A DNA stretch of 64,000 nt. Origin: Chrysomallon squamiferum. Its lineage: Eukaryota; Animalia; Mollusca. Below, piece after piece: positions 34,124 to 48,382 of this stretch. Where the stretch lies: assembly GCA_012295275.1 (NCBI GenBank), contig CM022668.1, forward strand, positions 6,076,001 to 6,140,000, in the 5' to 3' direction. Made by a program: the position numbers and the translations under genes. Positions within the stretch are counted from its first letter, which is position 1. Every line of letters begins with the position of its first letter. The notes under the pieces were generated by a model that was given only the letters and a program-made list of their open reading frames with translations, did not search any database and was not told where the DNA came from.

Positions 34124-34598
34124 ATAAAACAAATAAAATGTTAAGTTTTAACAAAAGCAAGGACAGAAAGGTAATATGAACTAATATATTCCTAGAAGTT
34201 TAGTATTCCTCGGGAAAGTGTTGTTATTTTTATCTATAACGGAAGTTACACTGTCAGTATTCAATACGCGGCCATCAGTTTAATCACTGGAAAATGCACT
34301 GCTGTTCGAAAGTTATCTCTTCAGTTCAAAATTGTTTATTTAGTTATTTTCTTTTCTCTTCTTCACTTTGTTCACCGTACAGTTTTATAATACTAAAAAT
34401 AATCGTAAGTGAGACAGAGAAAACAGAAAAGGAAATTTTATAATAAATACGAAAAACTTGAAGGAACGAATAGGGTTAAAAAAGGTAAGCAGAATATATA
34501 GTTTATTTTATCGGTTCATATTATAATATATTTACATATCCTGTTTTTATTTATTTATCTATTTATTTATTTAATTCCTTACTTACTTTCTTATATCT
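34124..34598 (+). repeat. Orphan copy of innexin promoter/exon-1 block
   Basis: Homologous to ~1415-1915; donor context is AAAG|gtaagc, lacking the AT. Confidence 0.85.
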
Positions 34599-35172
34599 AT
34601 ATGTATGTATGTATGTAAGTATATGAGTATGTATTATGAATGAACCGATTAACGAACGAATGAAGGAAGGTCGATCTTTCTTTCCCTTTCTTTCCATCCT
34701 TATACTTTTCATTCTTTCCCACATTCCTCTTAGTCAGTGTCTCTTTCTCTGTCTCTGTCAATGTCTGTCTGTGTGTTTGTGTGCAAAATGTGATGTCCCA
34801 TAGCTTTAATGTTATTAAATAAAACATCAATTGATAAAAATTCACAACAATAGTTATTTGAAATTATATGTTTTTATTTAAAATGTGGAAAAACAGTAGC
34901 TCATTAAAAATTAGTCCCTCTAAGAAAAAACGAAACAAATGGACACACGTGTAAAAAAAAAAGAAATAATAAATAAACAATTAGAAACTTAAATACAGAA
35001 TTTTAAAGCAATGAAATAAACGTCTTCATTCTGTTCAGAGATATTAAAGCCTGTAGAAGACTTAAACGAAGAATACGAAATTTATCTTCAAAGCGAATCT
35101 GATCTTAACTTCAACACGTAATTCCTTTTATCTTGAACAATAAACTGGTTCATTTTCGAGACAAAACTAGTT

Positions 35173-36120
35173 TTATTTTCCAGACAAAAGTGGTCTTATT
35201 TTCATTTCAGTTCTCTTCAAGGAGTAGAACTGGCCTCTCCACGAACTCCAAGTAACTCCTTTCGCGTATACCGTAGTAAGGCCTCCCAGGTAGAAGCCAT
35301 TCAGATTTGAACTGTGACAGTCTGTGTACCACCACGCTCCATGAAAGATTTCGGCACAGTTTGAAGAATGCGTATCCTGATCCTTATCCTTAGTTGTAAA
35401 AGACTGAGCATTGTGCCCGGAAAGTGAGTCACCTTTGGAACGAGAAAAAAGTATAATTACCAATTATCATTGTTATTGCGAAATAAAAGCAAGAGCAATC
35501 TTCGTACGACATTTTTTTCACTTTTGGCAAAAACTACTTATACATACAAGTACAACCTCCAATACACAGATACACGCACAAATGTAGAAATACATTAACA
35601 CAGAAACTCAGTTATAATCCAAGCCACACGGATAAACAAATGACAGACGTACGTACAAACAAACAAACTGACAAAGAAACACATTTATATACAGATATAT
35701 GCTGAGACAGAAATATATTCAAATATTCACAGACACACATACATACATAGACACAGAGAGGCACACGTTTTCTTACAGACATACCTCCTTTAGACACATA
35801 TAGACAAACATAAACATATATATATATATAATCATTCAGTCTGTTTTAGCTTGTTGCCATACCAACCTGCGTTTCCGCTGTAAGATCCAATGTGTAGAGT
35901 GTAGTTCTCCGCCTCACTACCCAGTGAAAATGTCGAGTACATCGCGTAACGTTTGTTTCCTTCAAAGTCTTCTAGATCAACACGTAGCTCGTATTCCTGT
36001 TTACTTGTTATCTTGTAGATGTTCTCGTTTCCTGAACAACAGCAATAACAACAACAATACTACTACTACTACTACTAATAATAATAATAATAATAATAAT
36101 AGTAATAATAATAATAATAA

Positions 36121-36151
<31 letters not shown>

Positions 36152-37308
36152 AAGAAGAAAAATGATATTCTAAGACTCTATCTTGAGGTATAATTTTTCT
36201 TTCAATATAATTAACAAAACTTGTTTATCACAATTACCTGATAGATGCATCTCATAAACTAGTTAACAATTTCTTACCCAACCAGTATTCTCTTTCTACA
36301 TCTCCAAATCCTTCCTTGTATTCCTGCCATGTTCTGTAGAAGTCTGTAGATCCGTCCATTCGTCTTTGAATACTCTGTACATTAGTTTAAGGCAAAAATG
36401 GACGTTGGTAAATAAGTAGGTAAGTATGTGTGTTTTATGAATCTTTGCATGAATGTATGCATATTTGTATATATGTATGTATGTATCAATGTATGTGTGT
36501 TTGTATTCGTGTAAATATGTGTATTACATTTTACTAATGAAAATAAATAAAGCTACAATAACAAATAAAGATATGAATAAATAAAGAAGTGAATCATTTA
36601 ATGAACTAATTAATGAATCAATGAATGGATGAATGATCGAATGAAGAAATAATAAATTAATAAAAATAAAATAACCTCTAAAATGACCGGTCCCTACTTA
36701 CCAACCAACCACCGTAAAGAGTTGACATGTCACAAAACACTATCACGTTGTTAACCTCAGATGACGTCAATACAGCAGGTCCAGAGCAGGGATACGACAT
36801 CATGACGTCATAACAGTTTCGTGTCACATCAGGACCATGATCTATGAAGAATATGTAATTTCTTCATTTTCTTTTTTAATATGAACCATTATTAAAGTCT
36901 GTTATTTTAGAGGAAAAGCTATACCATTATTTAATTATAAACTTTGATACTATTCTTTTATGCTTTTGTTAATTACTTTCATACATACATATACAGGTTT
37001 CTATGTATGAACACTTTTAGCAGACTAAGTTATTCGTTCATCCAGAAAACGGACAAAACAAATGTATCTCTCAGTGCTTTGTCTAAATTACATTTACCAG
37101 TGGAGGGTTGTGTAGCTGATGTTTTTACGTCACTGTCACGTGATACACATTTCGCATCATTCATACGTGTGACTTGACATTTTTGATACGACAGACAGAC
37201 GTCCGTACCACAAATTCCAGTTACAGTCTGCAAATAGCAAATAATAAATAAATAAATGAAATAAAATAAAATAAAATAAAATAAAATAAAATAAAATAAA
37301 ATAAAAAA

Positions 37309-37339
<31 letters not shown>

Positions 37340-37506
37340 TAAATGAATAATCCACTACTAGTAGTAATAGTGATAATATCAGCCATATTAACAATAGTAA
37401 AATAATAGTCATTGGTACATCTATAGTACTATTAACAACATATATATGTTGTAGTAGTGTTACTCGTAGTAACAATAACAGAGGTAGGAGTAATCGTTAC
37501 AATAAC

Positions 37507-37552
<46 letters not shown>

Positions 37553-38109
37553 GAATAGTAATAGTAGTATTTGTGATGGAACTGTGGTAGCTGTAATAGA
37601 AGTAGAGATAGTCATAATAGTAGTCTCAAAATTAGTTGTAGTAATAGTAGTAGTAAAAGTAGTCGCGATAATACTATTCGTAACAGAAGTAGTAGTAACA
37701 ATAGGAATCGTTATATTACCAGTAGTAATTGTAGTACTAGTAGTAGTATTAGAAGCAGTAGTAGTAGTAGTAGTAATAGCAGTAGTAGTAATTGTTGTTG
37801 TAATAAAATAAACAAGAAATTAAAATATCTCACCTCGTCTATAGAATCTTTGTCTTGGTAAATTGATCCTTTCTTTGTGACAAAATCTTGTGAACTTTCT
37901 TCCTTTGTTTTGTAGTTGAGTTGACACTCCAGGGTAGATGTGAAGAAGTTAAAGGATTCACAACACAGATCAGCTACACAGGCAGCAGAACAGTCATACA
38001 ACGACGACTGAGACGTCGTGGTCATGACGTGGTTTCGAAATTCCATGTCTCGATGTATCACACCTATCACGTGATTAACGAATAAGATATAAAATCCAGA
38101 AAATTTCAT
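35173..38109 (-). CDS. PF5: PAN/Apple + Cys-rich + fibrinogen domain protein (355 aa)
   Basis: Exons 38109-37834, 37227-37098, 36841-36702, 36374-36278, 36031-35867, 35432-35173; GT-AG, phases 0/1/0/1/1, open frame, full FBG motifs. Confidence 0.88.
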
Positions 38110-39863
38110 TTGTAATCTTTGTAAGAATCTTAAAATAAGAAATAAATTAAATCCAGTTTTCTTTCTTTTGATTTCTGTATTATATTCTTTAAGCTGTCTC
38201 CGTTAAACCGTTGATTTCTGAGTTCAGACTAATTGTCCGTAGTTCTCTGGTTTGTTATAATACTTCACAAATAGACGTATCGACATCGAGAGGCGTCTGT
38301 TTATGTGATTGCTTATTGGCTGTTTTGTCTGTTTTGATTGGTGAAGAATTAAACATTCATACAGACGCAGCGAACTGACTTAACGATCGCTAATTGTCTA
38401 ATTTACTGACGTGAATTTACGTACTGTATCCAGATGCAACTATATTTATATATATATATATATATATCGATCTGCCTGTTTATTTATCTGACAGTTATTT
38501 TAGATTTTCATTTATAGCGGAATATATGCTACATATGTATATGGGGAGACGATAACTGCGAAGGTTGGAATGTCAAATGCAGCGAGGCTTTACCAAGCTG
38601 CGTTAGCTATTTACCTTGACCAAAACAAAGGTGATATCTTAAAGTAGTAACCAGTAATTTCTTTTTGCCTGAAATACTAGTTATTTAAATTTCTTTTGAA
38701 AAAAACAGTAATTAAATTAACTAAATGTATTTCGATAAATTATTTTATGTATATATGTAAGTATGTATATAAATATCTATATGAATATGTGTATGTATAC
38801 AAAGAGAGAGAGGGGGAGATTCACAGACTGGCAATACAGTTCGGTATATAAGTAAGCTGATAGATAGATGAATAGAGAGATATACATATAAATAGAGAGA
38901 TACATAGGCACATGGATAGATGCATGGATGGATGGATGGATCAATAGATTAATAGAAAGGTAGATAGATGTGTCGCTAAATATATAAGTATCTAGGTAAA
39001 CAGAAAATGTATAGATAAGTAAATATCGATAGATAGAAAATAAATACATTGATCAAGGACTAACGAATGAATGGATGGATGAATAAATTCAATTAATATA
39101 GAAGTTAGTCAGTGAAATGGAATCATTTTATCACAGAACAAACACAGCAGTAGAAGTCGTCAGTCAAACGGATGTAATTAAATATTAAATAGATCTTGTT
39201 TAGAATTGTACACAATACGTTGTACACAGATTATCATCAGTGCAGTGAAACCATGATCACTGTAACTTATATCGTAATTAAATATTTATTGCTTTGTTAG
39301 TATAAATATAACATCAAGCAGCAGTCAGACTTTTGTCATATCAAAGCCACTTGAATGTTTTTGTTTCTGTAGATGTATTCAGATCAATGGAGCAGTGAAT
39401 CTATTGTACCATATTGTTCTTTTTTCTCTCTAATCATTTTACTTTTTATTTTTTTTTTTTTTTATTACAGTTCATTCCTGGAAAAAAAAAATTTAAAACA
39501 CCTGAAAATCTGTTCAAACACATTAATATCATTATGCTGTACATTGAAAAATCAGAAATAATAATAATAATAAATACTTGAATATAGATCAATATAGATC
39601 AACCTCTAACGACAATAATAAAATATTAAAGTGATATTTTGTCTCCCTCTATTGAAGTAGAAACACTGTGTTTGGTAAGCAGAAATTCGTTTTGTTCGAG
39701 CATTTAATAATATATCTGTTTTACATGCACCAGCGAACTCAGCATAAATGTAAATGAAAAAGACAGATCACTGATTACAGAATGTAAAATACAAACTTGT
39801 TGTTCTTGTTACTGTTATTACTACATCTGCTATACCAACAGTACGACTACTATTAATGTTGAC

Positions 39864-39920
<57 letters not shown>

Positions 39921-39989
39921 TATCATCCTAATCATTATTACTGGGTTTTTTTGATGCTAATTCTGTTTCTGGTAGTAATATTTCACCTC

Positions 39990-40280
39990 ATTACTGGAAG
40001 TTTTATTCGAAGACATAAACATTCCTACTGCTATAACTATTATTTTACTACTGGAAGTATTACTATAAGATATACACATTCCTACTGCTAAAACTATTAT
40101 TTTACTACTGGAACTATTACTATAAGACATAACCATTCCTACTGCTGTAACTATTAATTTACTACTGGAAGTATTACTATAAGACCTAATCATTCCTACT
40201 GCTGTAACTATTAATTTACTACTGGAAGTATTACTATAAGACATAAACATTCCTACTGCTGTAACTATTATTTTACTACT
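39990..40280 (-). repeat. 57-bp minisatellite, ~5 units
   Basis: Reverse complement of the same unit, more degenerate. Confidence 0.9.
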
Positions 40281-40862
40281 CTACAATAGCAGTTACCATT
40301 ACTATTACTGTTACTGCTACCAGAAATACTACTGCTTCTGTTCCATTACTACTACTACCACTGCTGCTGTTCAATTACTACTACTACCACTGCTGCTACT
40401 GTTACAGTAATTAGAGTTGTTATTAGTACTGTTCTATTTAAAACAATACTAATACTACTACTAATAATAAAAATAATAATAATCTATTGTTCGAAACTCA
40501 GGTCAAATGTTCCGACATGAAATATTCCAATTAATTTAATAAATGTTCCAGTACCACAAAGCTTGATGAACTGTTCCGACGACTTGAAATGTACCATCAG
40601 AACAAAGTTTGATTAACTAGTTCTACATAGAATGTTCCATTAAAAAAAGTTTGATGAACTCTTCCGAAACTGAATCTTCCCTTAGATGATTAGAACAAAG
40701 CTTTCGAACTGGTCTCTCTCTCTGTTTTATATATATATATATGTTTCTATATATGTATGTAAGTATGTATGTATGTATGTATGTATCTATGTATGTATGA
40801 TGGAGGAACCCATTAACGAACGAATGAAGGAAAATCGATCGTTCTTTACCTTTCTTTCCATC

Positions 40863-41062
40863 NNNNNNNNNNNNNNNNNNNNNNNNNNNNNNNNNNNNNN
40901 NNNNNNNNNNNNNNNNNNNNNNNNNNNNNNNNNNNNNNNNNNNNNNNNNNNNNNNNNNNNNNNNNNNNNNNNNNNNNNNNNNNNNNNNNNNNNNNNNNNN
41001 NNNNNNNNNNNNNNNNNNNNNNNNNNNNNNNNNNNNNNNNNNNNNNNNNNNNNNNNNNNNNN
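40863..41062. other. Assembly gap (200 N) at the centre of the inverted duplication
   Basis: Fixed-length N run. Confidence 0.99.
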
Positions 41063-42823
41063 AATAACAATAACGTCAACATTAATTGTAGTCGTGCTGT
41101 TGGTATAGCAGATGTAGTAATAACATTAACAAGAACAACAAGTTTGTATTTTATATTCTGTAATCAGTGATCTGTCTTTTTCATTTACATTTATGCTGAA
41201 TTCGCTGGTGCATGTAAAACAGATATATTATTAAATGCTCGAACAAAACGAATTTCTGCTTACCAAACACAATGTTTCTACTTCAAAAGAGGGAGACAAA
41301 AAATCACTTTAGTATTTTATTATTGTCGTTAGAGGTTGATCTATATTGATCTATATTCAAGTATCTATTATTATTTTTATTTCTGATTTTTCAATGTACA
41401 GCATAATGATATTAATGTGTTTCAACCGATTTTCAGGGGTTTTAAATTTATTTTTTCCAGGAATGAACTGTAATAAAAAAATAAAAAAATAAAAAGTAAA
41501 ATGATTAGAGAGAAAAAAGAACAATATGGTACAATAGATTCACTGCTCCATTGATCTGAATACATCTACAGAAACAAAAACATTCAAGTGGCTTTGATAT
41601 GACAAAAGTCTGACTGCTGCTTGATGTTATATTTATACTAAGAAAGCAATAAATATTTAATTACGATATAAGATACAGTGATCATGGTTTCACTGCACTG
41701 ATGATAATCTGTGTACAACGTATTGTGTACAATTCTAAACAAGATCTATTTAATATTTAATTACATCCGTTTGACTGACGACTTCTACTGCTGTGTTTTT
41801 CTGTGATAAAATGATTCCATTTCACTGACTGACTTCTATATTAATTGAATAGATTCATCCATCCATTCATTCGTTAGTCCTTGATCAATGTATTTGTTTT
41901 CTATCTATCGATATTTACTTACGTATACATTTTCTGTTTACCTAGATACTTATATATTTAGCGACACATCTATCTACCTTTCTATTAATCTATAGATACA
42001 TCCATCCATCCATCCATGCATCTATCCATGTGCCTATGTATCTCTCTGTTGATATGTATATCTCTCTATTCATCTATCTATCAGCTTACTTATATACCGA
42101 ACTGTATTGCCAGTCTGTGAATTTCCCCCTCTCTCTCTTTGTATACATACACATATTCATATAGATATGTATATACATACTTACATACATACATAAAATA
42201 ATTTATCGAAATACATTTAGTTAATTTAATTACTGTTTTTTCAAAAGAAATTTAAATAATTAGTATTTCAGGTAAAAAGAAATAACAGGTTACTGCTTTA
42301 AGATATCACCTTTGTTTTGGTCGAGATAAATAGCTAACGCAGCTTGGTAAAGCCTCGCTGCATTTGGTATTCCAACCTTCGCAGTTATCGTCGTGCTCAT
42401 ATATATATGTAGCATATATTCCGCTATAAATGAAAATCTAAAATGACTGTCAGATAAATAAACAGACAGATCGATAGATATGTAAATATATAGTTGTATC
42501 CAGATACAGTAAATAAATTCACATCAGTAAATTAGACAATTAGCGATCGTTAAGTCAGTTCGCTGCGTCTGTATGAATGTTTAATTCTTCACCAATCAAA
42601 ACAGACAAAACAGCCAATAACCAATCACATAAACAGACGCCTCTCGATGTCGATATGTCTATTTGTGAAGTATTATAAGAAACCAGAGAACTACGGACAA
42701 TTAGCCTGAACTCAGAAATCAACGGTTTAACGGTGACAGCTTAAAGAATATAATACTGAAATCAAAAGAAAGAAAACAGGATTTATTTTATTTCTTATTT
42801 TTAGATTCTTACAAAGATTAAAA

Positions 42824-43616
42824 ATGAAATTTTCTGGAATTTATATCTTGCTCGTTAATCACGTCATAGGTGTGATACATCGAGACATGGAATTTCGAAA
42901 CCACGTCATGACCACGACGTCTCAGTCGTCGTTGTATGACTGTTCTGCTGCCTGTGTAGCTGATATGTGTTGTGAATCCTTTAACTTCTTCACGTCTACC
43001 CTGGAGTGTCAACTCAACTACAAAACGAAGGAAGAAAGTTCACAAGATTTTGTCAAAAAGAAAGGATCAATTTACCAAGACACAGATTCTATAGCCAAGG
43101 TAAGATATTTTAATTTCTTGTTTATTTTATTAAACAAAAATTAATACTACTGCTATTACTACTACGACTACTACTGCTATTACTACTACTACTACTACTG
43201 CTTCTAATACTACTAGTACTACAATTACTACTGGTAATATAACGATTGCTATTGTTACTACTACTTCTGTTACGAATAGTATTATCGCGACTACTTTTAC
43301 TACTACTATTACTACAACTAACTTTTGAGACTACTATTATGACTATCTCTACTTCTATTACAGCTACCACAGTTCCATCACAAATACTACTATTACTATT
43401 CTTTTATTCTTCTTCTTCTTCTTTCTTCTTATTATTATTATTATTATTATTGTTATTGTAACGATTACTCCTACTACTGTTATTGTTACTACGAGTAACA
43501 CTACTACAACTTATACTGTATTGTTAATAGTACTATAGATGTACCAATGACTATTATTTTACTTTTGTTAATATGGCTGATATTATCACTACTACTACTA
43601 GTAGTGGATTATTCAT

Positions 43617-43659
<43 letters not shown>

Positions 43660-45142
43660 TTTTTTTAATTTTTATTTTATTTTATTTAATTTTATTTTAT
43701 TTTATTTTATTTTATTTTATTTTATTTCATTTATTTATTTATTATTTGCTATTTGCAGACTGTAACTGGAATTTGTGATACGGATGTCTGTCTGTCGTAT
43801 CAAAAATGTCAAGTCACACGTATGAATGATGCGAAATGTGTATCACGTGACAGTGACGTAAAAACATCAGCTACACAACCCTCCACTGGTAAATATAATT
43901 TAGACAAAGCACTGATAGATACATTTTTTTTGTCCGTTTTCTGGATGAACGAATAACTTAGTCTACTAAAAGTGTTCATACATAGAAACCTGTATATGTA
44001 TGAGCGCATATATGTATATATATGTATGAAAGTAATTAACAAAACATAAAAGAATAGTATCAAAGTTTATAATTAAATAATGGTATGGCTTTTCCTCTAA
44101 AATAACAGACTTTAATAATAGTTCATATTAAATAAGAAAATGCAGAAATTACATATTCTTCATAGATCATGGTCCTGATGTGACACGAAACTGTTATGAC
44201 GTCATGATGTCGTATCCCTGCTCTGGACCTGCTGTATTGACGTCATCTGAGGTTAACAACGTGATAGTGTTTTGTGACATGTCAACTCTTTACGGTGGTT
44301 GGTTGGTAAGTAGGGACCAGTCATTTTAGAGGTTATTTTATTTTTATTAATTTATTATTTCTTCATTCGATCATTCATCCTTTCATTGATTCATTAATTA
44401 GTTCATTAAATGATTCAGTTCTTTATTTATTCATATTTTTATTTGTTATTGTAGCTTTATTTCTTTTCATTAGTAAAATGTAATACACATATTTACACGA
44501 ACACAAACACACATACATTGATACATACATACATATATACAAATATGCACATATTCATGCATAGGTTCATAAAACACACATACTTACCTACTTATTTACC
44601 AACGTCCATTTTTGCCTTAAACTAATGTACAGATTATTCAAAGACGAATGGAGGGATCTACAGACTTCTACAGAACATGGCAGGAATACAAGGAAGGATT
44701 TGGAGATGTAGAAAGAGAATACTGGTTGGGTAAGAAATTGTTTACTAGTTTATGAGATGCATCTATCAGGTAATTGTGATAAATAATTTTTGTGTTTTAT
44801 ATTCAAAGAAAAATGATACCTCAATATAGAGTCTTAGAATATCATTCTTCTTCTTCTTATTATTATTGTTATTACTCATTACTATTATTATTATTATTAT
44901 TATTATTATTGTTGTTGTTGTTGTTGTTGTTATTGCTGTTGTTCAGGAAACGAGAACATCTACAAGATAACAAGTAAACAGGAATATGAGCTACGTGTTG
45001 ATCTAGAAGACTTTGAAGGAAACAAACGTTACGCGATGTACTCGACATTTTCACTGGGTAGTGAGGCGGAGAACTACACTCTACACATTGGATCTTACAG
45101 CGGAAACGCAGGTTGGTCTGGCAACAAGCTAAAAAAACAGAA

Positions 45143-45206
<64 letters not shown>

Positions 45207-45830
45207 GTTTCTCTATATGTGGCAATATAGAGGTATGTCTGTAAGAAAACGTGTGCATGTCTGTCTGTGTCTATGTATGTATGTGTGTCTGTGAATGTTT
45301 GAATATATTTCTGTATATTAATGTGTTTCTATGTCAGTTTGTTTGTTTGTACGTACGTCTGTCATTTGTTTATCCGTGTGGCTTGGATTATAACTGAGTT
45401 TCTGTGTTTATGTATTTCTACATTTGTGTGTATCTGTGTATTGGAGATTGTACTTGTATGTATAAGTAGTTTTTGCCAAAAGTGAAAAAAATTTCGTACG
45501 AAGATTGCTCTTGCTATTATTTCCCAATAACAATGATAATTGGTAAATATACTTTTTTCCCGTTCCAAAGGTGACGCACTTTCCGGGCACAATGCTCAGT
45601 CTTTTACAACTAAGGATAAGGATCAGGATACGCATTCTTCAAACTGTGCCGAACTCTTTCATGGAGCGTGGTGGTACACAGACTGTCACAGTTCAAATCT
45701 AAACGGTTTGTATCTGGGAGGCCTTACTACGGTATACGCGAAAGGAGTTACTTGGAGTTCGTGGAGAGGCCAGTACTACTCCTTGAAGAGAACTGAAATG
45801 AAAATAAGACCACTTTTGTCTGGAAAATAA
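42824..45830 (+). CDS. PF6: PAN/Apple + Cys-rich + fibrinogen domain protein (355 aa), inverted twin of PF5
   Basis: Exons 42824-43099, 43759-43888, 44166-44305, 44633-44729, 44947-45111, 45571-45830; GT-AG, open frame. Confidence 0.88.
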
Positions 45831-46419
45831 AACTAGGTTTGTCTCGAAAATAAACCAGTTTATTGTTGAAGATAGAAAATTACGTATTGAAGTTAAGATC
45901 AGATTAGCTTTGAAGATAAATTTCATATTCTTCGTTTAAGTCTTCTACAGGCTTTAATATTTCTGGACCGAATGAAGACGTTTATTTCATTGCTTTAAAA
46001 TTCTGTATGTAAGTTTCTAATTGTTTATTTATTATTTCTTTTTTTACACGTGTGTTCATTTGTTTCGTTTTTGCTTAGAGGGACTAATTTTTAATGAGCT
46101 ACTGTTTTTCGACATTTTAAATAAAAACATATAATTTCAAATAACTATTGTTGTGAATTTTTATCAATTGATGTTTTATTTAATAACATTAAAGCTTTGG
46201 GACATAACATTTTGCAACAAACACACAGACAGACATTGACAGAGACAGAAAAAGAGACACTGACTAAGAGGAATGTGGGAAAGAATGAGAAGTATAAGGA
46301 TGGAAAGAAAGGGAAAGAAAGGGAAAGAAAGATCGACCTTCCTTCATTCGTTCGTTAATCGGTTCATTCATAATACATACACATATACCTACATACATAC
46401 ATACATATATATATAAGAA

Positions 46420-46875
46420 AGTAAGTAAGAAATTAAATAAATAAATAGATAAATAAATAAAAAGAGGATATGTAAATATATTATAATATGAACTGATAAA
46501 ATAAACTATATATTCTACTTACCTTTTTTAACCCTGTTCGTTCCTTCAAGTTTTTCGTATTTATTATAAAATTTCCTTTTCTGTTTTCTCTGTCTCACTT
46601 ACGATTATTATTAGTATTATAAAACTGTACGGTGAACAAAGTCAAGAAGAGAAAAGAAAATAACTAAATAAACAATTTTGAACTTAAGAGATAACTTTCG
46701 AACAGCAGTGCATTTTCCAGTGTTTAAACTGATGGCCGCGTATTGAATACTAACAGTGTAACTTCCGTTATAGATAAAAATAACAACAGTTTCCCGAGGA
46801 ATACTAAACTTCTAGGAATATATTAGTTTATATTACCCTTCTGTCCTTTCTTTTGTTAAACCTTTACATTTTATT
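46420..46875 (-). repeat. Orphan copy of innexin promoter/exon-1 block (mirror of 34124-34598)
   Basis: Reverse-complement homology; TTCTAGGAA at 46810-46818; AAAG|gtaagt on the minus strand. Confidence 0.85.
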
Positions 46876-46877
46876 TG

Positions 46878-46973
<96 letters not shown>

Positions 46974-47189
46974 AGAGAAACAGAGAGAGATCTAGAAGAT
47001 CAAGCTTTGTTCTATGGAATAAATCCCAGGAATAATTCATGTAGGAACATTTCACCACAGTAGAGAGGAAAAGATAGAGATTATTTTAGTTTTTACTAAT
47101 AACAGTAATTACTAAATAAAAAGCAAGCAGTAGTATTTATGTAATCAGTAATAGCAGTAACAGTCGTTGTCAAAAGTGACTGCTATTGT

Positions 47190-47710
47190 AGAGTAGTAAA
47201 ATAATAGTTTAGCAGTAGGAATGTTTATGTCTTATAGTAATACTTCCAGTAGTAAAATAATAGTTATAGCAGTAGGAATGTTTATGTCTTATAGTAATAC
47301 TTCCAGTAGTAAAATAATAGTTATAGCAGTAGGAATGTTTATGTCTTATAGTAATACTTCAAGTAGTAAAATAATAGTTATAGCAGTAGGAATGTTTATG
47401 TCTTATAGTAATACTTCCAGTAGTAAAATAATAGTTATAGCAGTAGGAATGTTTATGTCTTATAGTAATACTTCCAGTAGTAAAATAATAGTTATAGCAG
47501 AGGAATGTTTATGTCTTATAGTAATACTTCCAGTAGTAAAATAATAGTTATAGCAGTAGGAATGTTTATGTCTTATAGTAATACTTCCAGTAGTAAAATA
47601 ATAGTTATAGCAGTAGGAATGTTTATGTCTTATAGTAATACTTCCAGTAGTAAAATAATAGTTATAGCAGTAGGAATGTTTATGTCTTATAGTAATACTT
47701 CAAGTAATCA
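47190..47710 (+). repeat. 57-bp minisatellite, ~9 units
   Basis: Near-perfect tandem copies of the same unit; one 1-bp deletion near 47500. Confidence 0.95.
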
Positions 47711-47818
47711 TGTGAAATATTACTACAAGAAATGGCATTAGTATCTATAATAACAGTAATCATGACGATGATGATAATAATAATGATGATCATAATGATG
47801 ACGATAACCATGTTTATA

Positions 47819-47951
<133 letters not shown>

Positions 47952-48257
47952 CGACTACATTAAAATAAGTTGTAGTGGTGGTATAGGTGAGGCAGTATAA
48001 ACAATAACAGTATCTTTAACAAGAACAATTTTGTATTTTATATTCTTTCTTCGTTTACATTTATGCTGAATTCGCTGGAGCATGTAGAACAGATATATTA
48101 TTAAATGCACTTACAAAACGAATTTCTGCTCATCCAACACAGTATTTGTATTTGAAAAGAGGAAAACGAGAAATCACTTGAATATTTTATTATTCACGGT
48201 AGAGATGGATCTTTCAAAGCCACTGTTCTGGATTGGATCTGTATTGAAGTATTTCTT

Positions 48258-48382
<125 letters not shown>

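Noticed and set aside
47221-47741. Repeat-protein ORFs (MFMSYSNTSSSKIIVIAVG)n, also 24530-24928 and 39957-40250
   Set aside because: By-product of a 57-bp (multiple of 3) minisatellite; frameshifted within the array, variable in copy number, no splice context.
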